From positions 1 to 64,000 of IMG/VR virus record IMGVR_UViG_3300018424_000006: a stretch of DNA of 64,000 nt; one strand, written 5' to 3'. A model generated the notes under the pieces. It was not told where the DNA came from and searched no databases. It saw nothing but the letters and a program-made list of their open reading frames with translations. A program made the position numbers and the translations under genes. Below are positions 9,316-19,903 of the stretch, piece after piece (the first letter of the stretch is position 1; every line of letters starts with the position of its first letter).

Positions 9316-10266
9316 ATGAAACAATATATTGAACTCGGAAAACGCATTCTAGAAGAAGGCGTTATGGTCCGAAATGAACGAACTGGTAAAGGTTGCTTAA
9401 CCGTAATCAATGCCGATTTCGTTTATGATGTTGACGAAGGGAAGTTCCCTATGTTAACTACAAAGAAAGTCTATTGGAAAATGGCAATAGCTGAAGTACT
9501 TGGTTACATTAAAGGTTTTGATTCGGCAGAACAATTTCGTGAACTGGGCACGACTAGCTGGGACGCCAACGCCAATGCGGAAGTATGGCAGAAGAATCCT
9601 GCCTGTAAGGGTAAGGATGATATCGGTCTAGCCTATGGAGCAATTGCTCGTAATTTCCCAGTAGAGCCTGTTCCCGAACACGTAGCCATGAAGGCCTGGC
9701 AAGAAGCTCTTAACAGCCATTTGTATACCATCGAGGAACTAATGGCTATCCGTAAGTCATCCGAGCCGGGACAAACTATTGATCTAGTGCAGAAGGTTTA
9801 TGATGACCTACGTCAGGGTATCGATAACCGTTTTGAGACAATTACCTTCTTGCATCCGGGCGCTTTCCATTTGGCTTGTTTACGTCCGTGTATGTATGAA
9901 CACCAGTTCTCTATTCTAGATGGTACACTGTACTTAAATAGTACTCAGCGTTCAGTTGACGTACCACTCGGGCTCTGCTGGAATATGCTCCAGTGCTATT
10001 TCCTTCTAGCCGTAATGGCCCAGATTACTGGATTAAAGCCGGGCAAGGTTTACCATAAAATGGTAAATGTCCATATCTATGAAGATCAAATCGAACTCTT
10101 CAAAGAGCAGATGGCGCGTGAACCTATTGATGCCGATATTAAGTTCATCATCAATCCTGAAATTCAAACTCTTGACGATCTAATGGAGGCAACCCTTGAA
10201 GATTTCTCAGTTGAAGGATACGAAGGTAATCACCATCCTGCAATTGCATATCCATTCTCGGTTTGA
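9316..10266 (+). CDS. thyA: Thymidylate synthase (Vibrio/Pasteurellaceae-type)
   Basis: ERTG, catalytic [14 protein letters not shown] (dUMP-specific Asn), HIYEDQ, C-terminal YPFSV. Confidence 0.96.
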   Translation: MKQYIELGKRILEEGVMVRNERTGKGCLTVINADFVYDVDEGKFPMLTTKKVYWKMAIAEVLGYIKGFDSAEQFRELGTTSWDANANAEVWQKNPACKGKDDIGLAYGAIARNFPVEPVPEHVAMKAWQEALNSHLYTIEELMAIRKSSEPGQTIDLVQKVYDDLRQGIDNRFETITFLHPGAFHLACLRPCMYEHQFSILDGTLYLNSTQRSVDVPLGLCWNMLQCYFLLAVMAQITGLKPGKVYHKMVNVHIYEDQIELFKEQMAREPIDADIKFIINPEIQTLDDLMEATLEDFSVEGYEGNHHPAIAYPFSV

Positions 10267-10278
10267 GGTATTTAGACG

Positions 10279-10695
10279 ATGAGTAACAACGAAGAAGCAG
10301 TAGCTGAAGCTACTATGGATGTTAACCACGATACCGTTGAAAAACTTTCGTTCCTAGAGCGTATCCGTAGACGGAAAGCATACTGGGCCGGCTCAACTAT
10401 CCCATGGTGGTTTCCGTGGCCAAACAAACACTTCACTCTCTATGGGAAAGAATGGACGTCCTATCAGGACTGGGAAATTCCATTTGAAGACCCTGGATGT
10501 ACTCCTGAGGTACAGATTAATTTCTATATTAATCGCCATAGCGGCTTCCATTTCTCGGTTCAGGTAAACGGCTATAGTCATGGCGGTCGTAATCCGATTC
10601 GCTTAGTAGTTAAGCAGCTACGAAGACTGGCTAATATCGATGCGTCTCTTGATGCTCTTAAAGGAGAGTGTCGTAGAGGCCAAAACCCTTATTAG
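10279..10695 (+). CDS. Hypothetical protein
   Basis: SD GAGGT; Trp-rich 138-aa ORF. Confidence 0.75.
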   Translation: MSNNEEAVAEATMDVNHDTVEKLSFLERIRRRKAYWAGSTIPWWFPWPNKHFTLYGKEWTSYQDWEIPFEDPGCTPEVQINFYINRHSGFHFSVQVNGYSHGGRNPIRLVVKQLRRLANIDASLDALKGECRRGQNPY

Positions 10696-10696
10696 T

Positions 10697-10747
10697 AAAA
10701 AAATAAATAAGGCTATACTCCCATTGGGAGTATAGCCTTTATGCCGT
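10697..10747. terminator. Bidirectional terminator with TGCCGT tail
   Basis: Stem AAGGCTATACTCCC/GGGAGTATAGCCTT at 10709-10739; A-run on the left; convergent genes. Confidence 0.85.
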
Positions 10748-10800
10748 TCTATATCTTAATAGTAGCTTTAGACTGGAGATCCAAATAAGTAAGTATCATT

Positions 10801-11157
10801 TTAAACTCCCTTTAATTTACCAAGTAACTTTTCAACAAGGTGCTTGCCATAGGTAGTCAAAAGAACAGCCTTTCGTGCATCGCCGCTATCAAGCTTACCG
10901 GATTTAGTTAAAGGAGACTTACCCAAATAAGTACCTCGTTGGTTATCCCTATGAGTCATCTGCATGAACTTAGCAGTTAGGTTTTTGGTAGGTAATCTAT
11001 CCTTATGCTTGTTAGCCATATCAGTTAATGATTCACCTTCATCAATAGCAAAGGTGGTTAAAGCAATTGCCTGATCGATCGTCTTAAAGTTTTGGTCCTT
11101 AAGACAGGTTAATGCGGAATGGAAACTTTCCAATTTCTTTTTATCTGCTAGTTTCAT
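10801..11157 (-). CDS. MarR-like winged-helix DNA-binding protein
   Basis: Wing motif 'DSGDARKAVLLTTYGKHLVEKL' matches MarR D.RR..V.LT..G..L; monocistronic under an early promoter. Confidence 0.65.
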   Translation of the reverse strand: MKLADKKKLESFHSALTCLKDQNFKTIDQAIALTTFAIDEGESLTDMANKHKDRLPTKNLTAKFMQMTHRDNQRGTYLGKSPLTKSGKLDSGDARKAVLLTTYGKHLVEKLLGKLKGV

Positions 11158-11204
11158 TTTTAGTATCCTTTTAAAAGGTAAATTATTTATTTACTCTCAT
11201 ATAA

Positions 11205-11229
11205 GTAATATAGAATCTAAAAGTTCTAT
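11205..11229 (-). promoter_or_regulatory. Putative early promoter TTCTATATTAC
   Basis: Plus strand reads GTAATATAGAATCTAAAAGTTCTAT; aligned with the other three copies. Confidence 0.75.
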
Positions 11230-11602
11230 GAAACAAAAAAACAAGTTCGATGGATCTTATCCAGAGGACCCCATTAAACTCCTCCCTATCAATTACCATA
11301 AGGAGATTGGACATGGTACTAGTTTAAAATCGACCTATGAGTCGTCGGCTATATTAGTGACGTCAACTATAGTACGTCAGCCGTGAAGACCTTTACAAAT
11401 ATCTCGTTTATATAAAGACTTTTAATAAAGTCTCAGATCTCGCACCTCCCGAATGATTACTCGTCTCTAATTTAGGGGCTGCAAATAACATGGCATGGAG
11501 TCAGTGATTACGAGAAGACCTCCCGGAACTATAAGTCCCAAGAAGAATACCGGTTACTTGCTTGGGTAGATAGTTCGAGGGAGGGCTTTACTTTTTTGCC
11601 GT
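11230..11602 (+). ncRNA. Candidate structured non-coding RNA / attenuator leader
   Basis: About 370 nt with no SD-led ORF. At least six stems, ending in a ~75-nt hairpin (11515-11588), a U-tract and TGCCGT. Starts at a TTCTATG late-type motif; three CCUCCC motifs. Confidence 0.5.
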
Positions 11603-11653
11603 CAAAATTTACAAATCGCCAAGATTATATATTAACGAATAGAGGTTTGGGCT

Positions 11654-13860
<2,207 letters not shown>

Positions 13861-13890
13861 AACTTTATCTATTAATGGAGAACCAACCTA

Positions 13891-14271
13891 ATGGAAACTG
13901 ATTTCCTACAATTTCAATACTTCAGGCTTAAAGGCTACGAAGATTTTCCCGATAAAACAATCTTTAAACCCATCGAATATAACGAAGACGGCAGCCTAAA
14001 AGTACTTTATCCAAATAAGGTAGACGGGACGTTAGAACTAACCCATCTGGAAAACCTTAGTCGGTACGAAGTTACTGCGCTGACTCAGGATGAAGTTACG
14101 GCCATTCAGACCAACTTACATTCAGCTTCAAAGAAAGCCCATCGAAAGTTGGTAGAGGCTAGAAGGCTATTTGAAAAGGCCCAGAACGAATTGAGCCTTT
14201 CTGGAGTGACTTCTCTTGACGAGAGTCAGAGTATTATTCTTGTTAACTTTAATGCAGGTATGTCGCTATGA
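13891..14271 (+). CDS. Hypothetical protein
   Basis: SD GGAG; ATGA overlap with the DHFR gene. Confidence 0.75.
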   Translation: METDFLQFQYFRLKGYEDFPDKTIFKPIEYNEDGSLKVLYPNKVDGTLELTHLENLSRYEVTALTQDEVTAIQTNLHSASKKAHRKLVEARRLFEKAQNELSLSGVTSLDESQSIILVNFNAGMSL

Positions 14272-14765
14272 AACTTTCTGCGATTGTAGCCTGTGACCAC
14301 AACGGCGGTATCGGTAAAGATAATACCTTGCCTTGGCATTTCAAAGAAGACTTTAAACACTTTGTAGCCGAGACCAAGGGCAAGACTGTACTGATGGGTC
14401 GTAAGACCTTTGAGTCTCTTCCTAGCGGTCCTTTACCTAATCGTCATAACGTAGTGGTAACTCGGGATACTTCTTTCAAGAATAAAGGCGTAGAGGTTGT
14501 ACATGACCTTGAAGGCTGGATAGAGTCTAAGAAAGAAACTGAGGACGAAATCATGGTTATTGGGGGCGCTGATATCTATCATCAGTTAGGTCCTAAGTTA
14601 GATGAGTTTATCATTACTCGTATCTTCCATGAATACGATTGTGATACCTTCTTGGATGTTAACCGCATGCGAGAACATCTTGACCACAGAAGTCAGAAGA
14701 CCCTTCCGCATCATCCGGGTGACCCGATGATCATCGTTAGTTATTATGGACACAGTTATATCTAA
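14268..14765 (+). CDS. folA: Dihydrofolate reductase
   Basis: IVA...GIG..N.LPW...D.KHF, MGRKTFES, LPNR.N.V, VIGGA.IY, CDTF. Confidence 0.96.
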   Translation: MKLSAIVACDHNGGIGKDNTLPWHFKEDFKHFVAETKGKTVLMGRKTFESLPSGPLPNRHNVVVTRDTSFKNKGVEVVHDLEGWIESKKETEDEIMVIGGADIYHQLGPKLDEFIITRIFHEYDCDTFLDVNRMREHLDHRSQKTLPHHPGDPMIIVSYYGHSYI

Positions 14766-15051
14766 CGCTAAGGAAGAATTGATTGCTCAGGGTTTAGATC
14801 CAGTAACGACCGTTGTTAATATTGCATTGGAGCCTCATGATGTCTATATAGGTAGACGAAGTAAATGGGGTAATCCATTTAAGACGGGAAGGGATGGAAC
14901 TAAGCAAGAAGTTATAGACCGTTATAGGCAAGAGATTCTTCCTACTTTAGCTCCTTACCTACACGAACTTGTAGGTAAGCGTTTAGGGTGTCACTGTAAG
15001 CCTGATGCTTGTCATGGAGATGTATTGGCTGAAGCCGTTAATTTAATATGA
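14746..15051 (+). CDS. DUF4326-family protein
   Basis: 'VYIGR.SKWGNPF...L.GK.LGCHC.P..CHGDVL' signature. Confidence 0.88.
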   Translation: MDTVISNAKEELIAQGLDPVTTVVNIALEPHDVYIGRRSKWGNPFKTGRDGTKQEVIDRYRQEILPTLAPYLHELVGKRLGCHCKPDACHGDVLAEAVNLI

Positions 15052-15086
15052 GGCCATGCGGGTAACCCGCATGGCCTTTATGCCGT
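15051..15086 (+). terminator. Terminator with TGCCGT tail
   Basis: Stem AGGCCATGCGGG-TAA-CCCGCATGGCCT, then TTATGCCGT. Confidence 0.8.
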
Positions 15087-15088
15087 CA

Positions 15089-15095
15089 TTCTATG
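15089..15095 (+). promoter_or_regulatory. Candidate late promoter (TTCTATG)
   Basis: TATG core as in phiKZ late promoters; the same heptamer occurs at 11224-11230 and 41777-41783. Confidence 0.4.
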
Positions 15096-15115
15096 TATAG
15101 ACAGAGGGATTGTTT

Positions 15116-15430
15116 ATGTTAAGATCACTAATAACAACAATTATATTATCGTGTTTATTAATAGGAGTATGTCGTGCAGATTATTCAATTGAGGTAGGAT
15201 ATATGACAGAAGCCAAAGGCGGTCTCTATTCGGCATGCAGAACTTATCAGGCTACACTAGATAGCTCTGGATTAAACGTCTACTTCAAGTCCAAAATCAA
15301 AGGGGCTAACATTAAGACTATATCTATATCCCCTAAGTTAAAGACTTCTCCATCTATTCTTAGCCTAGATACATATACCAAAACTAAGTGTTGGACTGGA
15401 CCAATACTGACCTTCTCAAGATCTTTCTAA
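15116..15430 (+). CDS. Small secreted hypothetical protein
   Basis: SD GAGGGA before ATG 15116; signal-peptide-like N-terminus; one Cys pair in the mature part. Confidence 0.65.
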   Translation: MLRSLITTIILSCLLIGVCRADYSIEVGYMTEAKGGLYSACRTYQATLDSSGLNVYFKSKIKGANIKTISISPKLKTSPSILSLDTYTKTKCWTGPILTFSRSF

Positions 15431-15476
15431 AAAAAAGAATAAACTATACTCCTAGGCATTAACCTAGGAGTATAGT
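15429..15476. terminator. Terminator between convergent genes
   Basis: 14-bp stem ACTATACTCCTAGG/CCTAGGAGTATAGT; A-run at 15429-15436. Confidence 0.85.
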
Positions 15477-15488
15477 AGTTATGTTGTC

Positions 15489-16553
15489 TTAATAGCGATA
15501 CGTAGGCTTACCGAGATGCCATTGCTGAGGCGCTTCATGATGCTCGTATGCAACATGTCCATGAAGTCCCATGGGTCTAGGAGTATGCATATGAGGCATT
15601 GGCGCTACTGAACTACCAAAATCTTGAAAGCCTTCGACTATACTTCCAGAATACTCAACACCATTATTAAATTTAATAATGAGTAAGTTTCCAACCAATT
15701 TTAGATTATTCGGTTTGAATTTCCCAAGTTCTTCAAAAGTAGCGAAGCCCAATGAGACTTCGGCTGAACTTCGACACGTAGGCTTTATTTCTACATAGAC
15801 ATCATTTAGCCTAAAGGATTTATTCGAGAACAATGAAAAAGAGAAACCCATGGGCAAACTAAACCGTTTCTTCAAATAGAAATTAACAGAAGGATCATTG
15901 GTACGACCACCTTCTTCCTTAAGTTCATCTTCTTCATACTCGGGAGGGAAGGACTTAGGTTTATCCGAAGTTCCATCGCTAATATTGAATAGATTACAAT
16001 AACCTATTCTACCCTTTCCAGCTTTATGTAAAAACAAATCTAGTTCAGCACTAAATTTAACATCCATACTTTTATCATAGTCTTCTTCCTTAATTCCAAT
16101 GTAAACGGAATTTTTCTTTCCTACATCATTGAACTCTTCCGTAACTATACAGTAAAAGGCTTCCTGCACTTTAGCTCCGAATTCGTCGATAAAGGCCATA
16201 GTCCCTTCGGTAGGTACTGTTGCCATAACACTATCGGATATTTCAAGACAAGATCCAATGAGGGGGATAAGTTCCAACTCTTCTACTCCGTCTATTTTAT
16301 CCGCATAAGTAATAGCTACGCCATCCTGCTTAACTATTAGGTGGTGATCTTCACACACCAAAGTTAGATTATATCCAAATTTATCTTCTGGCATCTTTAA
16401 TTTAATTAGAGCTAGAACGCACCCATCTATATATCTAAATATAACTTCACCAGAAAAGGCAATGTCCGAACCACGTAAAGTAATTCCGGTACTATTGCCT
16501 AGAATAAATGCTGGCACTGATTTTTTAACTTTAAATAATTCATATAAAAACAT
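15489..16553 (-). CDS. Hypothetical protein with His/Pro-rich C-terminal tail
   Basis: 354-aa ORF; tail PMPHMHTPRPMGLHGHVAYEHHE. Confidence 0.75.
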   Translation of the reverse strand: MFLYELFKVKKSVPAFILGNSTGITLRGSDIAFSGEVIFRYIDGCVLALIKLKMPEDKFGYNLTLVCEDHHLIVKQDGVAITYADKIDGVEELELIPLIGSCLEISDSVMATVPTEGTMAFIDEFGAKVQEAFYCIVTEEFNDVGKKNSVYIGIKEEDYDKSMDVKFSAELDLFLHKAGKGRIGYCNLFNISDGTSDKPKSFPPEYEEDELKEEGGRTNDPSVNFYLKKRFSLPMGFSFSLFSNKSFRLNDVYVEIKPTCRSSAEVSLGFATFEELGKFKPNNLKLVGNLLIIKFNNGVEYSGSIVEGFQDFGSSVAPMPHMHTPRPMGLHGHVAYEHHEAPQQWHLGKPTYRY

Positions 16554-16602
16554 TTTCTAAATAACCTTAAGCGAAATATGTTTCCGCATTAAACTGAAAA
16601 AT

Positions 16603-16642
16603 AAAAAAAGACATATACCGGGAACTGTAACCGGTATATGTC
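16603..16642 (-). terminator. Intrinsic terminator
   Basis: Stem GACATATACCGG/CCGGTATATGTC with a U7 tract on the minus strand. Confidence 0.8.
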
Positions 16643-16679
16643 AAAGATACACGACAAGTGTATCGAGGGTGAACTTCCT

Positions 16680-17066
16680 TTAGGCTGCTAACCAATTCGA
16701 ATCGTCAGATTTAGAAGCCTTCAATCGAAGGCCCTTAATCACATCGTAATCCGATACTTCAAGTTTCATCACCTTGAACTCTTCCGTAAATACACTATAG
16801 ATAAACAGGTAGTCATGGAATTGAACAGTTTTTCCTAGTTGTAGTATCTTGGCATCTACATCAACAATCTTATCGATTATCAATGCTTCCTCGGCAGTGC
16901 TGGCTGGGGAATTATTCCAAGATACCTTTTCCACTAGATCTATTACTGCTCGATCATAGGGATCAAGTAAGAGGGGTTTGTTACCCAGTTTTATATTCTG
17001 AGTTTCAAGTTTCCCTCTTGTTAAGATATGGTGAGTCAAAGACTTACCACTAGTTGCTTCGCTCAC
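16680..17066 (-). CDS. Hypothetical protein
   Basis: GTG start with SD AAGGAG. Confidence 0.75.
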   Translation of the reverse strand: MSEATSGKSLTHHILTRGKLETQNIKLGNKPLLLDPYDRAVIDLVEKVSWNNSPASTAEEALIIDKIVDVDAKILQLGKTVQFHDYLFIYSVFTEEFKVMKLEVSDYDVIKGLRLKASKSDDSNWLAA

Positions 17067-17093
17067 GACTATCTCCTTATCAAACGAAACGAT

Positions 17094-17411
17094 TTAAGCT
17101 GAGTGGCTAGCAGCCATTGGCTTTGCAGAAGGCGACTTGTGCATTGAAATTAGCATGAGCTTCATGGCCACCATACCAATCAATAGAACAGCTACGATTG
17201 CCTGTCCATTACCTTTAATCACCGTGTAGACCAAGCCATAGAAAGCAAGTTCAAACGCGGCGAGTAGGAACCACTGACCAGCAGTGATTGTTTTACCTTT
17301 AAGGTTCACGTATTCATTACGCTTAAATTTCTCTAAGCGTTGGAAAACAGCAAACACAGTTAGGGCAACTGAGAACAACATTACTGCAAGTACAAAAGTT
17401 TCTAAGGTCAT
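17094..17411 (-). CDS. Hypothetical membrane protein (about 3 TM helices)
   Basis: SD AAGGAG; three hydrophobic segments. Confidence 0.75.
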   Translation of the reverse strand: MTLETFVLAVMLFSVALTVFAVFQRLEKFKRNEYVNLKGKTITAGQWFLLAAFELAFYGLVYTVIKGNGQAIVAVLLIGMVAMKLMLISMHKSPSAKPMAASHSA

Positions 17412-17445
17412 TAGTCTCTCCTTGATTACTTAGAAAGTTAATAAA

Positions 17446-17760
17446 CTACCCAACCTGCTCAAGAGGTTTGGTATAGGTACGACGTTTCTTTACTACAATT
17501 TTTACTTCTTTTTTCTTTTCCTGAAAAACTTCAGGGTGATAGGCCTCCATTAAAGAGGACCGTCCAGTAGGAATAGACGCTAGGTTGGCCATTTTACAAA
17601 GATGGTCATCCATTAAATCTTCCCAGCTTTTAAACCCATGTTTTTGGGCAGTCCGGTCTAAAGCTACGCTAGCGCTAATGCGGCGGCGGCGTGCTTCAAA
17701 ACGAGCTTGTTGGCGAAGTCGATTTAATTCGGTCGTGGTGTAAATTTTATTTTTAGCCAT
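17446..17760 (-). CDS. Small basic protein with 'glyoxalase-superfamily' (Glyoxalase_8-like) helical domain
   Basis: 'LRQQAR......ISASVALD..A...GF.SW..L' pattern. Confidence 0.6.
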   Translation of the reverse strand: MAKNKIYTTTELNRLRQQARFEARRRRISASVALDRTAQKHGFKSWEDLMDDHLCKMANLASIPTGRSSLMEAYHPEVFQEKKKEVKIVVKKRRTYTKPLEQVG

Positions 17761-17804
17761 TATTATCTAACCTTTTTTCCTTAGGGTTATTTTTATAGGT
17801 TGGC

Positions 17805-17892
17805 TGTTAGACAATATATTTATCTAACATTGTGTTTGTGAGGGAAGGAAACCATACGTCGGCCCGACTGGAAAAGATGGCCCTCCCCTCAC
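17805..17892 (-). other. Structured intercistronic RNA element (two hairpins)
   Basis: GUGAGGG-GAGG-GCCAU...AUGGU-CCUU-CCCUCAC stem with G-U pairs that form only on the minus strand, plus a second 9-bp stem at 17805-17829. Confidence 0.55.
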
Positions 17893-17899
17893 TATTGTT

Positions 17900-18316
17900 T
17901 TATAACACGCCTGCAATTTTCACATCGATGGATAGAGACCCATCTCCGCGATTCGATGTAGTACGCATTATAAAGCAATTATCTTCACGCCATAGAGTGC
18001 AGGCATCTAAAGTACCTAATGCAATCTCGGCATTTAAAAGAACGTCGGTAGCCTCGGCGGCTAGTTCGGCATCCTTCTCTTGAATCGTACGGATTCCCTG
18101 TAATAGAAAGTAGCTTCTCCGTTCAGAGATTTCCCTTTCCACTTGAAAGTCATCCTTGTGGATAAGTACTTCTACTCTGTCCCCATAAGAGACGGAGTAT
18201 GCTTCAGCACCTTCCTCCACTTCCAGTAAATCAACAGCTTCCGACATAGTCATTTCCGCATTAGAATTTCTAGGTCGATAGTCAGCTAAATTAACTACTG
18301 ATGCGGCTGCGGTCAT
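17900..18316 (-). CDS. Hypothetical protein
   Basis: SD-like GAAGGGG; 138 aa. Confidence 0.75.
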   Translation of the reverse strand: MTAAASVVNLADYRPRNSNAEMTMSEAVDLLEVEEGAEAYSVSYGDRVEVLIHKDDFQVEREISERRSYFLLQGIRTIQEKDAELAAEATDVLLNAEIALGTLDACTLWREDNCFIMRTTSNRGDGSLSIDVKIAGVL

Positions 18317-18355
18317 AATTGAACCCCTTCCTTATTGTTATCGGTTTAGACACGT

Positions 18356-18805
18356 TTAGTGCGCTAACCTCATTCCTTGTTCCATATCCCCCCTCCTTCT
18401 TTTAGGGTGTATTGTTTGCACGGTTGGTTTCTCCTTAAGCAGGCAAGCGGTTGGTTCTCGTCTCTTAAGGTCTCGGTATATCACCTCGATAAACATGGCC
18501 GCAATTTCTAAAGATTCGAGTTCTTTTGATGCATCTGGACACATCGTATCAAACTCATTACGACTCTTTAGGTTGCATAAACCGGTTATATCTTCAAGAC
18601 TTCTTCTGTAAAGTTCGATCTCTGTTTCAAATCGACGTTTAACAGTCGACATGAAATCCAAACGAAACTTCTTTTCCATCTCTGTAAACTCGAAGTGACT
18701 ATTCGGACGCATCAGTCGGTTAGACTTTGCTATCCGTTTAAAAAGTATTAGTAGTTCTGTATTGAAGCTAAGCTTAGCTTCAATACTTGCTAGTAGTTCT
18801 TGCAT
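18356..18805 (-). CDS. Hypothetical protein
   Basis: Probable start ATG 18805 after SD AGGGAG. Confidence 0.7.
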   Translation of the reverse strand: MQELLASIEAKLSFNTELLILFKRIAKSNRLMRPNSHFEFTEMEKKFRLDFMSTVKRRFETEIELYRRSLEDITGLCNLKSRNEFDTMCPDASKELESLEIAAMFIEVIYRDLKRREPTACLLKEKPTVQTIHPKRRRGDMEQGMRLAH

Positions 18806-18827
18806 AAGTCTTTTTCTCCCTTTATAC

Positions 18828-19184
18828 CTATTGTCCAACAAGCGAGGCACTTGCGAATAGAACAAAAGGTACGAATAGTAAGCTAATTAACAAACTTCCC
18901 AATGTATTAAGGTAAGACTTCCTTATTCTTATTATTAAAAATCCTTTCAAAACTCCTAGGACGATTAGTGCGTATATTGCCCATTCTAAAGCTTCCAGCC
19001 ATAGTAAGGATAACCACATTACCGTCTCGATTTGAATAAGCCATAGATTTCCCAATAATGACTTTGTGGTTTCAAGTCGATCCACAAAACTACTTAGTCG
19101 AATTGCTCCGATCAATTTCCGTCTGAACAAGTAGCCTGATAGAGATACGTTAATAACGATAAGTACCAACATAAAAAGATCCAT
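18828..19184 (-). CDS. Hypothetical membrane protein (3-4 TM helices)
   Basis: SD GGAG; first gene behind the early promoter at 19262. Confidence 0.7.
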   Translation of the reverse strand: MDLFMLVLIVINVSLSGYLFRRKLIGAIRLSSFVDRLETTKSLLGNLWLIQIETVMWLSLLWLEALEWAIYALIVLGVLKGFLIIRIRKSYLNTLGSLLISLLFVPFVLFASASLVGQ

Positions 19185-19261
19185 TTTATATTCTCCATAT
19201 AAATATTTTTAAATTGAAACTCTACTATCGTTTTTATTATTAAGTTCCTCTATGCATGTAT

Positions 19262-19286
19262 GTAATATAGAACCTTATAGTTCTAG
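19262..19286 (-). promoter_or_regulatory. Putative early promoter CTAGAA-N8-TTCTATATTAC
   Basis: Plus strand reads GTAATATAGAACCTTATAGTTCTAG, directly after a terminator. Confidence 0.75.
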
Positions 19287-19289
19287 AAC

Positions 19290-19327
19290 ACGGCAAAAAA
19301 AAAGAATCCCGATTAAGGGATTCTTTT
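19290..19327 (-). terminator. Intrinsic terminator with TGCCGT tail
   Basis: AAAAGAATCCC/GGGATTCTTTT stem, U9 tract, then GCCGT on the minus strand. Confidence 0.85.
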
Positions 19328-19334
19328 AGAGTAG

Positions 19335-19859
19335 CTACTTGACCATATAGGTTATACGGACAAGGTTCCACATATCGGCACCATACATAGCTTTCTGTAT
19401 AGGGTGCGCCTCATGCTTGGTTTTCTTGCGTTCGTTCTCATATTTAGAAAGTTCAAAACGAGAAGAGTCAGAAAGGCCACGATATACAGAAAATGCACGA
19501 GGCGTTTTAACGCTCTTAAATAGAGACGTATCTGGAGTATGCTCAATCAAATGAAGTCCAATTAAAAGAATATCATCTTTAACTGGCTCTTTAGAGATGA
19601 TGTAACCATCTTGAGATAACCATTTACGAATGGCATCTTGTCGCTTCAATACTTCTACTGGAGTAACGCCTGCCGCTTCTGCAATCGCACTAGGAGACAT
19701 CTTGGCAGCAAAGTTAATGCCAGGGTGATTTGTACGCAACTCAGGACGTGCTCGATCAGCGTACTCTGAAAAGGTGCGGATATCCTTACCTACTGACTCA
19801 GCTATTTCCATTACCACTAGGGCATTGATCATAGCGACTGAGGTTCTTTTTACTAACAT
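19335..19859 (-). CDS. Hypothetical protein, possible HTH
   Basis: 174 aa; 'MSPSAIAEAAGVTPVEV' is HTH-like. Confidence 0.65.
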   Translation of the reverse strand: MLVKRTSVAMINALVVMEIAESVGKDIRTFSEYADRARPELRTNHPGINFAAKMSPSAIAEAAGVTPVEVLKRQDAIRKWLSQDGYIISKEPVKDDILLIGLHLIEHTPDTSLFKSVKTPRAFSVYRGLSDSSRFELSKYENERKKTKHEAHPIQKAMYGADMWNLVRITYMVK

Positions 19860-19903
19860 GGGTTTCCCTTTTTTACTTTTTAGGGCTTACTTAAAATTTA
19901 TTT

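Noticed and set aside
11228-11386. 52-codon ORF inside the structured intergenic region
   Set aside because: No SD and no recognisable protein; not called as a CDS, though a leaderless or leader-peptide role is untested.
11475-11490. GGGGCTG followed by GCAAAT resembles a tmRNA 5' end and resume codon
   Set aside because: No matching acceptor stem, T-arm or CCA end, and no Ala-ending tag reading frame.
11604-11612. AAAATTTAC (also TAAATTTAC at 24001) as a middle promoter
   Set aside because: Resembles the phiKZ middle motif, but it is short and AT-rich with only two copies noticed; insufficient to call.
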